Source of the DNA: Candidatus Latescibacterota bacterium
GTDB lineage: Bacteria > Latescibacterota > UBA2968 > UBA8231
Direction: 5' to 3'
DNA: 64,000 nucleotides
Assembly: GCA_965203175.1 (NCBI GenBank)
Contig: OZ241867.1
Location: 6,400,001-6,464,000, forward strand
Positions 28,113-38,532 of the stretch are shown here, piece by piece; the stretch's first letter is position 1; each line of letters starts with the position of its first letter. The notes below the pieces were generated by a model. The model saw only the letters and a program-made list of their open reading frames with translations, was not told the DNA's origin and ran no database searches. The position numbers were made by a program, and so were the translations under genes.

Positions 28113-29078
28113 ATGCTTTTCTATCTGGCCCGCCGCCTGATCGCCCTAGCCTTTGTGCTGCTGGCAGTGTCGATGATCGTTTTCGCCTTGATGCACTCGG
28201 TGCCAGGCGGCCCCTTCGACACCCAACAGGCTAAGCTGCCCAAGGCTGCACGCGAGAATATTGAGCGCAAATATGGCCTCGACAAACCCGTCTGGCAGCA
28301 ATACCTCAACTACATGAGCCACGCGGTTCGCTTCGACTTCGGCATCCCCTATCAGCAGCCACAGACCACAGTCGCCGCACTAATAGGCAAGACCTGGATT
28401 GTCACTGTGCAAGTCGGCGTGATGACAATCCTCGTGGCCTTTAGCTGTGGGATAGCCGCCGGCATGTTGGCTGCCTACCACCAGAACAGTTGGCTTGACA
28501 ATATTGTGACCTTTGGCGCCATGCTCGGCGTCACCGTGCCCAATTTCGTAGTGGCGATGTGGTTTATCTTGTTTTTCGGGGTGGCACGGCAGTGGCTGCC
28601 CACCGGCGGCTGGAGCAATTCCGGCGCCTGCCTCTATGGCAACATGCTGTGCTCGGACTGGATTCTGCCGGTTTTGGCCTACGCAATGGCACCGATGGCG
28701 ATCATTGCTCGCTACACCCGTGCCAGCATCGTCGATGTCATTGGCGAGGACTACGTGCGCACCGCTCGGGCCAAGGGCCTGAGTGAAGCCAAGGTCATGC
28801 GGCGCCACGTGCTGCGCAACGCGCAGATCCCGATGGTCACTGCGCTGGGCACCGAAATACCCAATCTCATCACCGGCAGCATCTTCATCGAGAGCATCTT
28901 CCGCATCAATGGCCTCGGTAAGTTCTTCGTCACCAGCACCCTCAACCGCGACTACCCGATGATCATGGCTACCTTCTTGCTGGTGGCGCTATTGTGGGGC
29001 ATCACCTATATGCTGACTGATATCGCCTATACCCTCATCGACCCGCGCGTCAAACTCGGCGACAAAAAAGAGGCCTGA
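28113..29078 (+). CDS. Peptide ABC permease (OppB-like)
   Basis: PGGPF, YGLDKP, DYVRTARAKGL, RDYP, DPR. Confidence 0.95.
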   Translation: MLFYLARRLIALAFVLLAVSMIVFALMHSVPGGPFDTQQAKLPKAARENIERKYGLDKPVWQQYLNYMSHAVRFDFGIPYQQPQTTVAALIGKTWIVTVQVGVMTILVAFSCGIAAGMLAAYHQNSWLDNIVTFGAMLGVTVPNFVVAMWFILFFGVARQWLPTGGWSNSGACLYGNMLCSDWILPVLAYAMAPMAIIARYTRASIVDVIGEDYVRTARAKGLSEAKVMRRHVLRNAQIPMVTALGTEIPNLITGSIFIESIFRINGLGKFFVTSTLNRDYPMIMATFLLVALLWGITYMLTDIAYTLIDPRVKLGDKKEA

Positions 29079-29965
29079 TGACCGAATCCCTCGCCGGTGA
29101 AATCGGCAGCGTCCACCGCTCCTTTTGGGCCGACGCCCGACGGCGTTTTGTGCGCAACCGCCTCGCCGTCACCGGACTGGCCATTGTCTCTGGAATTTCT
29201 TTTTTGGCGATCTTCGCCGATTTTCTCGCGCCCTTCCCCTACGACCACGCCTATTTCGACAAGGTTTTGCTCGCGCCTTTGCAACACCCGGATCACCTGC
29301 TGGGCACCGACGAGGTTGGACGCGACTATCTCAGCCGCCTAATCTACGGTGCCCGCACCTCGCTAATCGTTAGTCTGCTAGTTCAGGCCCTCGCCGTGTT
29401 GATCGGGGTGCCGGTCGGTGCCCTCGCTGGCTATTTCGGCGGGCGGGTCGATTTTGTCGTCACCCGCATTATCGACGTGATGACCGCCTTTCCCAGCTTG
29501 CTTTTTGCCATCCTCATCATCTCGGTCCTCGAAGGCGGCTTGACGACCATTATCATCGCCTTGAGCATCACCGGCTGGATCGGCATCGCCCGGCTGACGC
29601 GGGCACAATTTTTGGCCCTGCGCGAGCAAGAATACGCCCTAGCGGCAAGGGCGCTGGGTGTGCCGACGCGCAAAATCATCTTCCGCGACTTACTGCTCAA
29701 CGCGCTGACCCCGATCTTGGTCGCCGTCAGTTTCGGCATTCCAAGCACCATCTTCGCCGAAGCGGGTTTGAGCTTTATCGGTCTGGGGATCAACGACCCG
29801 ATGGCCAGTTGGGGCAAGATGGTCGGCGTTTCCAACGCCTATGTCCGCATCTACTGGCACCTAGCGCTATTCCCGACCATCGCCATCGCCCTGACCATGC
29901 TGGGCTTTTCATTTCTAGGCGACGGTCTGCGCGATGCGCTGGACCCCAAATACGATCGTCCATAG
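29078..29965 (+). CDS. Peptide ABC permease (OppC-like)
   Basis: LGTD..GRD, EY..AARALG, EAGLSFIGLG, GDGLRDALDP. Confidence 0.95.
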   Translation: MTESLAGEIGSVHRSFWADARRRFVRNRLAVTGLAIVSGISFLAIFADFLAPFPYDHAYFDKVLLAPLQHPDHLLGTDEVGRDYLSRLIYGARTSLIVSLLVQALAVLIGVPVGALAGYFGGRVDFVVTRIIDVMTAFPSLLFAILIISVLEGGLTTIIIALSITGWIGIARLTRAQFLALREQEYALAARALGVPTRKIIFRDLLLNALTPILVAVSFGIPSTIFAEAGLSFIGLGINDPMASWGKMVGVSNAYVRIYWHLALFPTIAIALTMLGFSFLGDGLRDALDPKYDRP

Positions 29966-30016
29966 AGGTGATTTTCTCAATCTCACCGCTATCACTGTTC
30001 TCAGCGCATTACAGCC

Positions 30017-30961
30017 TCAATACCCCTTGCGCTTGTCGATCACGCTCACCAACGCCTCCCCCGCCAAGTAGCGCCGCAAATTATCGCAAAACAACGCCAC
30101 GCAACGACTATCGCGGTTGGGCGATCCCCCAGCCGTATGCGGCGTAATCAGCACATTGTCCATCCGCCACAGCGGGTGATCCTCGGGCAGGGGTTCCTGC
30201 GGCACCACATCCAATCCCGCCCCGCCGATCTGCCCTTCGGCAAGCGCCGCTAGCAGGGCCTGCTCATCGACGATCCGTCCCCGCGTGACATTGATCAACA
30301 GCGCGTGGCTCCGCATCCGCGCAAACGCCTCTTGGTCGAACAACCCCTCAGTCTCCGCAGTCAGCGGCGCGCAGACCGCCACCACGTCGGATTGTTCCAA
30401 CAGCGCGTGAAACTGATCCATCCCCCAGCAGGCTTCTACTGCTTCCGGCACTTCAACCTCTTCTGGATCCACTGCGATAATTCGCATCCCAAACGCGCTC
30501 GCCCGCTGCGCCAACTCCCTCCCCGTCCCCCCCAATCCCACAATGCCCATCGTCTGCTCAACCAATTCCCACGACGCAGCGCGAATCGGCCAGCGCCGCT
30601 CCCAGTCCGGATAGCGCACGGCCGTGTGAATCCCCCGCGTCAGCCCGAGCAACAACGCCATCGCATGTTCGGCCAGATGCACTCCCACCCATCCCTTGGC
30701 GCTGCACAACACCACATCGCTCTCGACCAGTTCGGGATGCAGCACTCCATCTACCCCCGCTCCCCAACTCTGCATCCACTTGAGCTTTTGCCGCCGCGCG
30801 AACATCTCCCGGCTGATGTGCCCGCAGACGACCTCGATCTCCGGCATAACTTCCAAGGCCGCCGCATCCGAATCTACGCACACCACTTCCACTTCTTCGG
30901 CTACCTGCCGAATCTCCTCTATCAACTCCTCAGCTAAATCCATCTGCATCAAGACTTTCAT
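30017..30961 (-). CDS. D-2-hydroxyacid dehydrogenase
   Basis: GAGVD, GLGGTG, INVTRG, LDV..QEPL, ITPH; start MKVLMQM after RBS ggagagg. Confidence 0.92.
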   Translation of the reverse strand: MKVLMQMDLAEELIEEIRQVAEEVEVVCVDSDAAALEVMPEIEVVCGHISREMFARRQKLKWMQSWGAGVDGVLHPELVESDVVLCSAKGWVGVHLAEHAMALLLGLTRGIHTAVRYPDWERRWPIRAASWELVEQTMGIVGLGGTGRELAQRASAFGMRIIAVDPEEVEVPEAVEACWGMDQFHALLEQSDVVAVCAPLTAETEGLFDQEAFARMRSHALLINVTRGRIVDEQALLAALAEGQIGGAGLDVVPQEPLPEDHPLWRMDNVLITPHTAGGSPNRDSRCVALFCDNLRRYLAGEALVSVIDKRKGY

Positions 30962-31048
30962 ATTCCTCTCCTTCCCTTGCGATTGTCTGTCCTCGGTGGT
31001 AGACCCTATTATTTGTTTTTCCAATTCCATCAACCACGGAAGCAGGTC

Positions 31049-32563
31049 ATGCAAAATCACATCGTCAAGACCCACCCAGACGGTACTGTCCTCCCGCGCG
31101 AAGAGCAATTGGCTTGGAAGCTAGCCCAGCTCGCCGCCCACAACCAAACGGCCGACGCAGAAGTCGTCGAGATGATCGGCAATCGCGTCATCGACAATGC
31201 CGCAGTCGCCCTAGCCGCTATCAACCGGCCACCAGTGCGCAACGCCCGCCTCCTCGCCCTCGGCTATCCCCATCCCCACAACAGCGGCGCTCGCCTCTTT
31301 GGCGTGGCCAACGACCGCAGCTTCCACTGCGAATGGGCTGCCCTCGCCAACGGCGTGGCTGTGCGCGAACTCGACATGCACGACACTTACCTCGCGGCCG
31401 ACTACTCGCATCCCGGCGACAACATCCCCGGCTTGCTCGCCGCCGCCCAGCAAACGGGGGCCGACGGTCATGCGCTGACCTTGGGCATACTCACGGCCTA
31501 CGAAGTGCAGATGGCGCTGGTAACGGGTATCTGTCTGCACGAGCATAAGATCGACCACGTCGCCCACCTCGCCCCGGCCGTGGCCGCCGGACTCGGAACC
31601 ATGCTGCAGATGCCAGCCGAGCAAATCTACCAAGCCATCAATCAGAGCCTGCACCTAGCCTGCGCCACCCGCCAGTCGCGCAAAGGGGACATCACCTCGT
31701 GGAAGGCCTACGCCCCAGCCCAAGCCAACAAGATCGCCATCGAGGCCGTGGGCCGGGTGCGCCTCGGCGAACGGGCACCGTCGCCCATCTACGAGGGCCG
31801 CGACGCCGTCATCGCCTGGATGCTGTCCGGGCCAGACGCCGAATACCGCATCCCCCTACCCGATCCCGGCGAGAACATGCGCGCCATCCTGCGCTCCTAC
31901 ACCAAGGAACACTCCGCCGAGTACCAAGCCCAAGCCCTGATCGACCTCGGCTTCCGGCTCCACGCCCATCGTATAGACTTAAACCAAGTAGAAGACGTAG
32001 TAATCCGCACCAGCCACCACACGCACTACGTGATCGGCACGGGTGCCAACGACCCGCAGAAAATGGACCCGGACGCCTCGCGCGAGACCCTCGACCACAG
32101 CGCCATGTACATCCTCGCCGTCGCCTGGGAGGACGGCGCTTGGCACCACGTGCATTCCTATACCTCGGAGCGCGCCCACCGCCCTTCGACCGTCGCGTTG
32201 TGGCACAAGATCCGCACCGAAGAAGTCGCCGAGTGGACTCAAGCCTATCACCACCCAGACCCCGACCACAAGCAGTTCGGTGCCCAAGTCGTCGTCCGCC
32301 TTACAGACGGCACCCAGATCGCCGAACGCCTCGACAACCCCAACGCCCACTACCTCGGTGCCCGCCCCTTTGCCCGGCCAGACTACATCGACAAGCTAGC
32401 CGTATTAACCGAGGGACTCGTAGCGCCAGCCGAGGTCGATCGCTTTCTAGGACTAGTGGACCGGTTGCCAGATCTAACGCCCGAGGAAGTGGGCCAGCTC
32501 AATCTCGTGGCAGCCGAAGGCATGTTGGAAGACGCCAGCAGCCCCCGCGTAGGCATCTTATAG
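31049..32563 (+). CDS. prpD: 2-methylcitrate dehydratase (MmgE/PrpD family)
   Basis: [55 protein letters not shown]. Confidence 0.88.
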   Translation: MQNHIVKTHPDGTVLPREEQLAWKLAQLAAHNQTADAEVVEMIGNRVIDNAAVALAAINRPPVRNARLLALGYPHPHNSGARLFGVANDRSFHCEWAALANGVAVRELDMHDTYLAADYSHPGDNIPGLLAAAQQTGADGHALTLGILTAYEVQMALVTGICLHEHKIDHVAHLAPAVAAGLGTMLQMPAEQIYQAINQSLHLACATRQSRKGDITSWKAYAPAQANKIAIEAVGRVRLGERAPSPIYEGRDAVIAWMLSGPDAEYRIPLPDPGENMRAILRSYTKEHSAEYQAQALIDLGFRLHAHRIDLNQVEDVVIRTSHHTHYVIGTGANDPQKMDPDASRETLDHSAMYILAVAWEDGAWHHVHSYTSERAHRPSTVALWHKIRTEEVAEWTQAYHHPDPDHKQFGAQVVVRLTDGTQIAERLDNPNAHYLGARPFARPDYIDKLAVLTEGLVAPAEVDRFLGLVDRLPDLTPEEVGQLNLVAAEGMLEDASSPRVGIL

Positions 32564-32567
32564 CTCA

Positions 32568-33863
32568 TCAATCCTGGAGCAAATCTTCGCCTTCCGTGCG
32601 CGCCACCAGTGCCGTGACTACCAGATCGCTGGTCACGTTAACGGCCGTGCGGCACATGTCGAGCAGGCGATCAACGGCCAAGACAATGGCGATGGCTTCC
32701 ACTGGCAAGCCGACTGCGGGCAGGATCAGCGCGATAGCCACCAAGCTGGCCGCGGGAATACCCGCCACGCCGATCGACGTGAGCAAGGCGAGCAATACGA
32801 CGATCATCTGCTCTGCAATGCCAAAATCTATGCCAGACGCGAACGCGTACACTTGGGCGATGAACACCACCACCACGCACTCGTACAGTGCCGTGCCGTC
32901 CATGTTCACCGTCGCCCCCAACGGCAGGACAAAGCTGGTCACGCGGTTGGAGATGCCGGCTTTTTCAGCGCTGTTAATAGTCACCGGCAAAGTCGCCGAA
33001 GACGACGCAGTCGAAAACGCAGTTAATTGCGCAGGCGCGATCTTGGCGTAGTACTCGTATGGACTGATCCCAGCGACCAAGCGCAGCAGCAGCGGCAACC
33101 AGACGGCAAAATGCACTGCCAGCGCCAGCAATACGGTCAAGAAGAACAGACCCAACGCTTCAAACGCGGCAAAACCGGAGACGAGCAACGTCTTGCCCAC
33201 TAGCGCAAACGCGCCGATGGGTGCAAACCGCATGATCCACATCGTAATCAGGATCATAAGGTCGTGCAGACCGACCCAGAACTGCTGAAGAATGTCGCCC
33301 GCCGGCCCGTTTAGCCGCGACATGAAATACCCGAACACAACCCCGACGAATACCAGCGCCAGCAGTTGCACCTCTAGCACCGCCGCGAAAATGTTGGACG
33401 GTATCGCGCGCTTGAGGACCTCGACCAGATCGCGCATGCCGCGCCCCTCTACCTTGTCCATGACCTGCGACGGATCTGGCAGTGCCGTGCCCAGCGCCCG
33501 CGCCGATTCAGTCTCACCGGGCGCTATGACATTCACGCAAACAAGACCGGTGCAAACCGACAGCAATCCCGTCGCCACGTAAAAGGCCACCGTCTTCCCG
33601 CCGATGCGCCCAAAGGCGTTCTGGCTCGCCATGTTGCGGACGCCAACAATGATCGAAGACAGAATCAACGGCACCACGATCATCTTCAGCGCATTGAGAA
33701 ACAAGCTGCCGAAGAAATCGAGAATTTCCATCAGCGACGCGCCAAACAGCGTCGTACGCTCGTCGGCCAGCCACCCTACTAATGCGGCGAGGACCAGGGC
33801 AATGGCGATCTGCCAGTGCAACGGAATGCCGATAAACCGCGAAAGTGCGCTACGTTGGCTCAT
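32568..33863 (-). CDS. Dicarboxylate/amino acid:cation symporter (GltP family)
   Basis: [40 protein letters not shown]. Confidence 0.95.
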   Translation of the reverse strand: MSQRSALSRFIGIPLHWQIAIALVLAALVGWLADERTTLFGASLMEILDFFGSLFLNALKMIVVPLILSSIIVGVRNMASQNAFGRIGGKTVAFYVATGLLSVCTGLVCVNVIAPGETESARALGTALPDPSQVMDKVEGRGMRDLVEVLKRAIPSNIFAAVLEVQLLALVFVGVVFGYFMSRLNGPAGDILQQFWVGLHDLMILITMWIMRFAPIGAFALVGKTLLVSGFAAFEALGLFFLTVLLALAVHFAVWLPLLLRLVAGISPYEYYAKIAPAQLTAFSTASSSATLPVTINSAEKAGISNRVTSFVLPLGATVNMDGTALYECVVVVFIAQVYAFASGIDFGIAEQMIVVLLALLTSIGVAGIPAASLVAIALILPAVGLPVEAIAIVLAVDRLLDMCRTAVNVTSDLVVTALVARTEGEDLLQD

Positions 33864-33932
33864 TATCTATTTTTCCTTGGTCAATGGTTGGCCCAATTCG
33901 TACTCTTTCTCTCCAACACTAAGGACAACACC

Positions 33933-35039
33933 ATGATCTACGACGGACACGCCTATTGCTTCCCACCGCCGAGCCGCAACGGGGGCTTCGCCAACCCCGC
34001 CGAGTTCTGGCAGCACTTGCAACTGTTCATGGCCCACGCCCGGCAGCAGCCCTGCTGGCGGCGCGCCGACCGCGCCTCGGCCGACGCCACGGGCCTCTAC
34101 GACCCCGATCGCCCCTGGCGCTTCGATGGCCTGCGGGACGCCGCCTTCCGCACCGGGGACCACGGCCTCGTCGAATGGACGGTGGACGGCGAGGACTACG
34201 TAAAGCAGGCTCTGCCTCCGTGGACGGTGGACTTTGCCTTCTCCGCCGACAGCCTAGTGGCGGAAATGAACTACGCCGGCATCGATCGGGCGCTCCTGCA
34301 CCGCACCCCGTACATGGGTCTCAACGACGAGTACATCGCCGACTGCTGCCAGCGCCATCCAGGGCGGATACAGGGCCTAGCCCACGTGCCCGAATGGTGG
34401 TTCCCCAGCCGGACGGACGACGCCGTCGCCAAGCTGCAACGGGCAATTCGCGACCACGGCCTGTCGGGCCTCCAGTTCATGCCCTTTCACCGGCCCCTCT
34501 ACGACCTCTCCCCCGAGTGGACCGGGCCTGACTTCGATCCTTTGTGGGCAGCCGTGGCCGAACTGGGCATCCCCATGTTCTTCACCCTCGGCGGAGCCAA
34601 CTCACCCGCCGCCTATCTCGACGAGTTGCGCGCGCTGCGCACCTGGATGGACCGCTTCCCCGACATCGATGTAGTCATGACCCACGGCTTCTCCTGGCGG
34701 ATGTTCGCCGACGAAGACCGGCTCCACGTGCCCGACGAGGTGTACGAGGCAGCGCCCATCGGCCACCCGCGCTTCCACATCCAAATCCTCTTCGCCGTGT
34801 TCCTGCAATCGCGCTGGGACTACCCCATGCCACAAATGCGGCCCGTCTTGGAGAAAATGGTCGAACGCATCGGTGCCGATCGCATCCTGTGGGGAACGGA
34901 CATCCCCATCGTCCTGCTGCACTGGACCTACCGCCAGAGCCTCGACTACGTGCGGCACTACTGCCCGTTCATGGGCGAATCCGAAATGGCGGCGATCCTC
35001 GGCGGCAACATGGAACGGCTCCTAGGTCCGGGACAGTAG
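33933..35039 (+). CDS. Amidohydrolase_2 family protein
   Basis: MIYDGHAY, RILWGTD.P, ILGGN; RBS aagga. Confidence 0.85.
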   Translation: MIYDGHAYCFPPPSRNGGFANPAEFWQHLQLFMAHARQQPCWRRADRASADATGLYDPDRPWRFDGLRDAAFRTGDHGLVEWTVDGEDYVKQALPPWTVDFAFSADSLVAEMNYAGIDRALLHRTPYMGLNDEYIADCCQRHPGRIQGLAHVPEWWFPSRTDDAVAKLQRAIRDHGLSGLQFMPFHRPLYDLSPEWTGPDFDPLWAAVAELGIPMFFTLGGANSPAAYLDELRALRTWMDRFPDIDVVMTHGFSWRMFADEDRLHVPDEVYEAAPIGHPRFHIQILFAVFLQSRWDYPMPQMRPVLEKMVERIGADRILWGTDIPIVLLHWTYRQSLDYVRHYCPFMGESEMAAILGGNMERLLGPGQ

Positions 35040-35081
35040 CCTACCTCGTTAGACGCTGCACAGGTACAAAATCCGCAGAAA

Positions 35082-37046
35082 TTACTTTAACAACGTCAGC
35101 GACCGACTCTCTTGGTAATTGCCTGCGGTAAGCTGGTATACATAGGTGCCGCTGGCCACGGCTCGGCCACGGTCATCGCGCCCGTCCCACTGCACCTCGT
35201 AGCGTCCCGCTGCCAACCAGTCCTGCATCAAATCGCGGATCCTCTGTCCGGCGGCATTGTAAATGGCCAGTTCCACTAGCCCTTCGCCACCCACCTCGTA
35301 GGCGATGGTCGTGTTAGAGTTGAAAGGGTTGGGATAATTCTGCGCCAGCGCGTACCCGTCGGGCACACTGCTACTTTCTTCCTCCACAGCGGTGACCGAA
35401 CTGGGCAGGGTAATCTCCCACAAACCGCGACCGCCACTCCACTCGATCACGTAGATCTTGTTGTCGATGATCTCGGCGTCAATAGGGCCACTGAAACCCT
35501 CTACAATCCGAGTCATGCGCGCCTGATAGTTATCTCCCACCTTCTCCAAGTCCATGTGGATGAGGTCCTCGTCCGGATCGTTGAAGGGGTTGATCAGGTT
35601 GCAGCAGTCCCCGCCGATGCGCAACACAAAGCCGTCGCCGCGAAACTCGGGTGCTAAAACCTTTTCTACGTCAAAGACCAGTCCCAACGGCGAACTATGC
35701 GGCGTAAAAGTATAAGCTGCTCCGCCCTCGTCGCTGGCGTCGCGCACCTCGCCCGTGCTCGGGTCGCGGTAGCGGTCGGCGTCGGGCCCTAAATTGAGGA
35801 CCGGATCGGCAAAACGGTCTACTGGCGGGGGCGGGTAGGTCGGATCGTTGTAAAATAGGCCGCGATCCCTAGCGTCCGAGCGGGTCAGCAGGAGCAAGTC
35901 CGCGGCCGGGTCGTAGTCGGGGAAGCGCTGGGCTGTGTCCATTGCCCCCATGCGCCAAGGGAAGCCATAGTGCAGCCCCTGCCGCACCCAGCAGACCTCG
36001 TCGGCCATATCGCTGTCCGGGCCATTGTCCGCGGCGAACAGATCGCCGTTGGCGGCAAAGGCCATGTCAAAGGCATTGCGAAATCCATCGGCGTACAAGT
36101 AGCCCGAAGCCTGTAGAGCCTCCTCAGCGGCCGGAATCAAAAGATCCTCGCCATCCGCCGGCACCCGCAAAATGGCCGACGACAAGGGCAACTCGCGCGC
36201 CCCGGCAAAAGCCCCATCCTCGGACAGCTCGCCGTGGTCAGTGCGAGATCCCGAATTGACGTACACAAAGCGATCGTCCGGGCTGAGGACAATGGCCGGA
36301 TGGGGATGGTTCTTGGTGCCGGGAGGAATGCGCTCAGTGCGGGCCACCGTAGTCCACTCAATGTTCTCTCCGTTGCGCACCCCACGCACTACATTTATGA
36401 CCTTGTTGCCGCTGTTGCCGCCAATATAGAACGTGCCGTCCCCCGCAATATCAAAGCCCTGGGTATCGTTGAGCTTGTGGTCCGCGGAAGTAGCAATTCG
36501 CTCTTCTCCCGAAGCATTGGCCGCCTCCACGTCGAGCACCACGTACAGGGCACCTTCGGCGTCGAAGTAGATAGCTCGTGGGAAGGCGATGCCATAGTCG
36601 GCTAGATTGGCCACTTCTTTGTTCGGTGGGGTGATGATGCGGTTGTTGCGCGTATCGAGGACGTGGATTTTATCTTCGATCGGATCGGTCGCCCGAGTTG
36701 CAGCCGCCGCAGCCGCGGCGCGGATTTCGTCGATGGGTACTCCTTCGGGCACCCCCTCTGTGGGACGGAACTGAGTCCAAGTCCACGCTCCCTCGGCGTT
36801 GCGCACCCCTCGGGCGATGGTCTCGCCGATGCGCTCGTCCTCACCCTTGATCCGAATGCGGTAAATAGCCCCCGTAGCCGTGAGAGTGTACAGACTGTTG
36901 TCGCGCGGGTCCTTGGCAATGCGCATGGTCCGCCGGCTCACATCGAGCACGTGGCGGACTTGAACATCGTCGCGCAGGGGCCGGGGATCGGCACCGGCAG
37001 CGCTTAAAGTCCAGCCGATTAGGACTATTACGATAATCTTTCGCAA
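35082..37046 (-). CDS. Secreted PQQ-dependent sugar dehydrogenase-like beta-propeller with FlgD/YPNPFN C-terminal domain
   Basis: GSRTDHGE, YADGFRNAFDMAF, DNGPD..DE, HYGFPW, HSSPLGL; C-terminus TAVE..LAQNYPNPFN..WDGRD..G..VASG.Y. Confidence 0.8.
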   Translation of the reverse strand: MRKIIVIVLIGWTLSAAGADPRPLRDDVQVRHVLDVSRRTMRIAKDPRDNSLYTLTATGAIYRIRIKGEDERIGETIARGVRNAEGAWTWTQFRPTEGVPEGVPIDEIRAAAAAAATRATDPIEDKIHVLDTRNNRIITPPNKEVANLADYGIAFPRAIYFDAEGALYVVLDVEAANASGEERIATSADHKLNDTQGFDIAGDGTFYIGGNSGNKVINVVRGVRNGENIEWTTVARTERIPPGTKNHPHPAIVLSPDDRFVYVNSGSRTDHGELSEDGAFAGARELPLSSAILRVPADGEDLLIPAAEEALQASGYLYADGFRNAFDMAFAANGDLFAADNGPDSDMADEVCWVRQGLHYGFPWRMGAMDTAQRFPDYDPAADLLLLTRSDARDRGLFYNDPTYPPPPVDRFADPVLNLGPDADRYRDPSTGEVRDASDEGGAAYTFTPHSSPLGLVFDVEKVLAPEFRGDGFVLRIGGDCCNLINPFNDPDEDLIHMDLEKVGDNYQARMTRIVEGFSGPIDAEIIDNKIYVIEWSGGRGLWEITLPSSVTAVEEESSSVPDGYALAQNYPNPFNSNTTIAYEVGGEGLVELAIYNAAGQRIRDLMQDWLAAGRYEVQWDGRDDRGRAVASGTYVYQLTAGNYQESRSLTLLK

Positions 37047-37081
37047 TGTGAACGCTCCTCGCAGATGAGATAAATTGGATT

Positions 37082-38473
37082 CTAGCGCACCAGTATCAAC
37101 TGCCGGGCTGCCGAGTAGTCCCCTATTCGCAGACGATAGAGGTACGTGCCGCTGGCGGCCAAGCCGCCGTCTTCTGTCCGGCCATCCCAGCGCACAGTAT
37201 AAGACCCCGGTGCCTGCTCGGCCTGTACTAAGGTGCGCACTTTCTGGCCCACCGCATCGTATAGGGCCAATTCCACTGGACCGGTTTCCCCAACTTTATA
37301 GACGATGGTGGTATAGGCATTGAAGGGATTGGGGAAGTTCTGCTCTAAGCCAGCCTCTTCTGATACAGTCGCCAGTCCTTGTACGGCAGTAGGCTGGTCC
37401 ATACTGGCGATCCAGCGGCGGATGATATCGCTGCCTTCCCAATCAACCAAGGTGGAGGCCACCGGCGGCATGCGGTTGGAGGAAAAGGTGAGCAGGCGCA
37501 AGTACAGGGTGGAGTTATCTGGGTTGCCTGGGTCGATGATAAACCCTTCTTCAGTACCCAAAGCACCCAAGGAAGGCACCCAGTTTAAGGTATTGGTCTC
37601 CTCTAAGAGGGTGTCGTACCGCAGGTCGATGGTCGAGCGGCTGACTACATTGGGACGATGGCAGTGAGCGCAGTTGGCCGCCAGATAGGCGCGACTGCGG
37701 TCCGCCAGCGGCAGGCTTTCATCGGTGGGGTCGGCCCACTGGGGGAAGCCGTCGTAATTCTCGCCTATATCCTCAGTGAACAAACCAATGTGGTTTAAGG
37801 TGCGCAATTGGTTATCTACAATGCCGCCGTAGTCGTACGAGCGATTCATCTGGGCCGTATTGAGCCCCAAGACATAGCCAGCCGGTCCGGTATGACACAA
37901 GGCGCAATCTTCGGGTCCGGGGTAGAAATGCACGTATTCGCGGAAGCCGTCTTCGGCTTCCGGGTCGGCGATGAGATAGGACTGGGTCGCCTCCTCTTCG
38001 AGCAATATCGCGTCCTTGCCCTCCAGATCCCACATATAGCTAAAGCCGTCCCATGCATCAGCTTGGCTGCGCTTGACCAAAAAGCGCGTCTCGACAATAT
38101 GCCGACTGTCCAAATTACCCTTTTCCAACTCTATGTAGAAATTTTTCACCACCACCGCGTTGGGGGGAAATTTCCAGATGCCCGAGGCGGAAAACTCAAT
38201 CTGGCTCTGCCCAGGTAGAGCGATAAAGCGAGTCTTGGCCGTCCCGTCGGACCACAGTACTGAATTGACCTCGTAGGGAATGAGTCCCGAAGCCGGGGTC
38301 TGGGCCGCCACATTGCTAAACAGGCCCGACTCGGAGACGGTCTGGGGCACTCGTCCCTCGACCGGAGCGATGAGCAAAGAATGGTTCGGCACCCTTTCTT
38401 GCAGGCCGTACGGGGCCTGGGCTAGGACGGCCGGAGGGGCCATCAGGGCTGGTAAAACAATGAACAGCAGCAT
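37082..38473 (-). CDS. Secreted diheme c-type cytochrome (SO2930-like) with FlgD/FPNPFN C-terminal domain
   Basis: LWSDG..KTRFIALP, ETR.L, CALCH, RAYL.ANCAHCH, RMPP; C-terminus QNFPNPFN. Confidence 0.82.
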   Translation of the reverse strand: MLLFIVLPALMAPPAVLAQAPYGLQERVPNHSLLIAPVEGRVPQTVSESGLFSNVAAQTPASGLIPYEVNSVLWSDGTAKTRFIALPGQSQIEFSASGIWKFPPNAVVVKNFYIELEKGNLDSRHIVETRFLVKRSQADAWDGFSYMWDLEGKDAILLEEEATQSYLIADPEAEDGFREYVHFYPGPEDCALCHTGPAGYVLGLNTAQMNRSYDYGGIVDNQLRTLNHIGLFTEDIGENYDGFPQWADPTDESLPLADRSRAYLAANCAHCHRPNVVSRSTIDLRYDTLLEETNTLNWVPSLGALGTEEGFIIDPGNPDNSTLYLRLLTFSSNRMPPVASTLVDWEGSDIIRRWIASMDQPTAVQGLATVSEEAGLEQNFPNPFNAYTTIVYKVGETGPVELALYDAVGQKVRTLVQAEQAPGSYTVRWDGRTEDGGLAASGTYLYRLRIGDYSAARQLILVR

Positions 38474-38532
38474 GACCGTCCGGCTTTGGGAGACGGCGAA
38501 ACAGGAGAAGTAAAATCGCTTACTCCAGTCCC

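Noticed and set aside
31699-33051. Long Arg/Pro-rich alternative-frame ORFs (also 6115..7413, 51868..53034, 4041..5075)
   Set aside because: Expected artefacts of high-GC codon bias overlapping well-supported genes.
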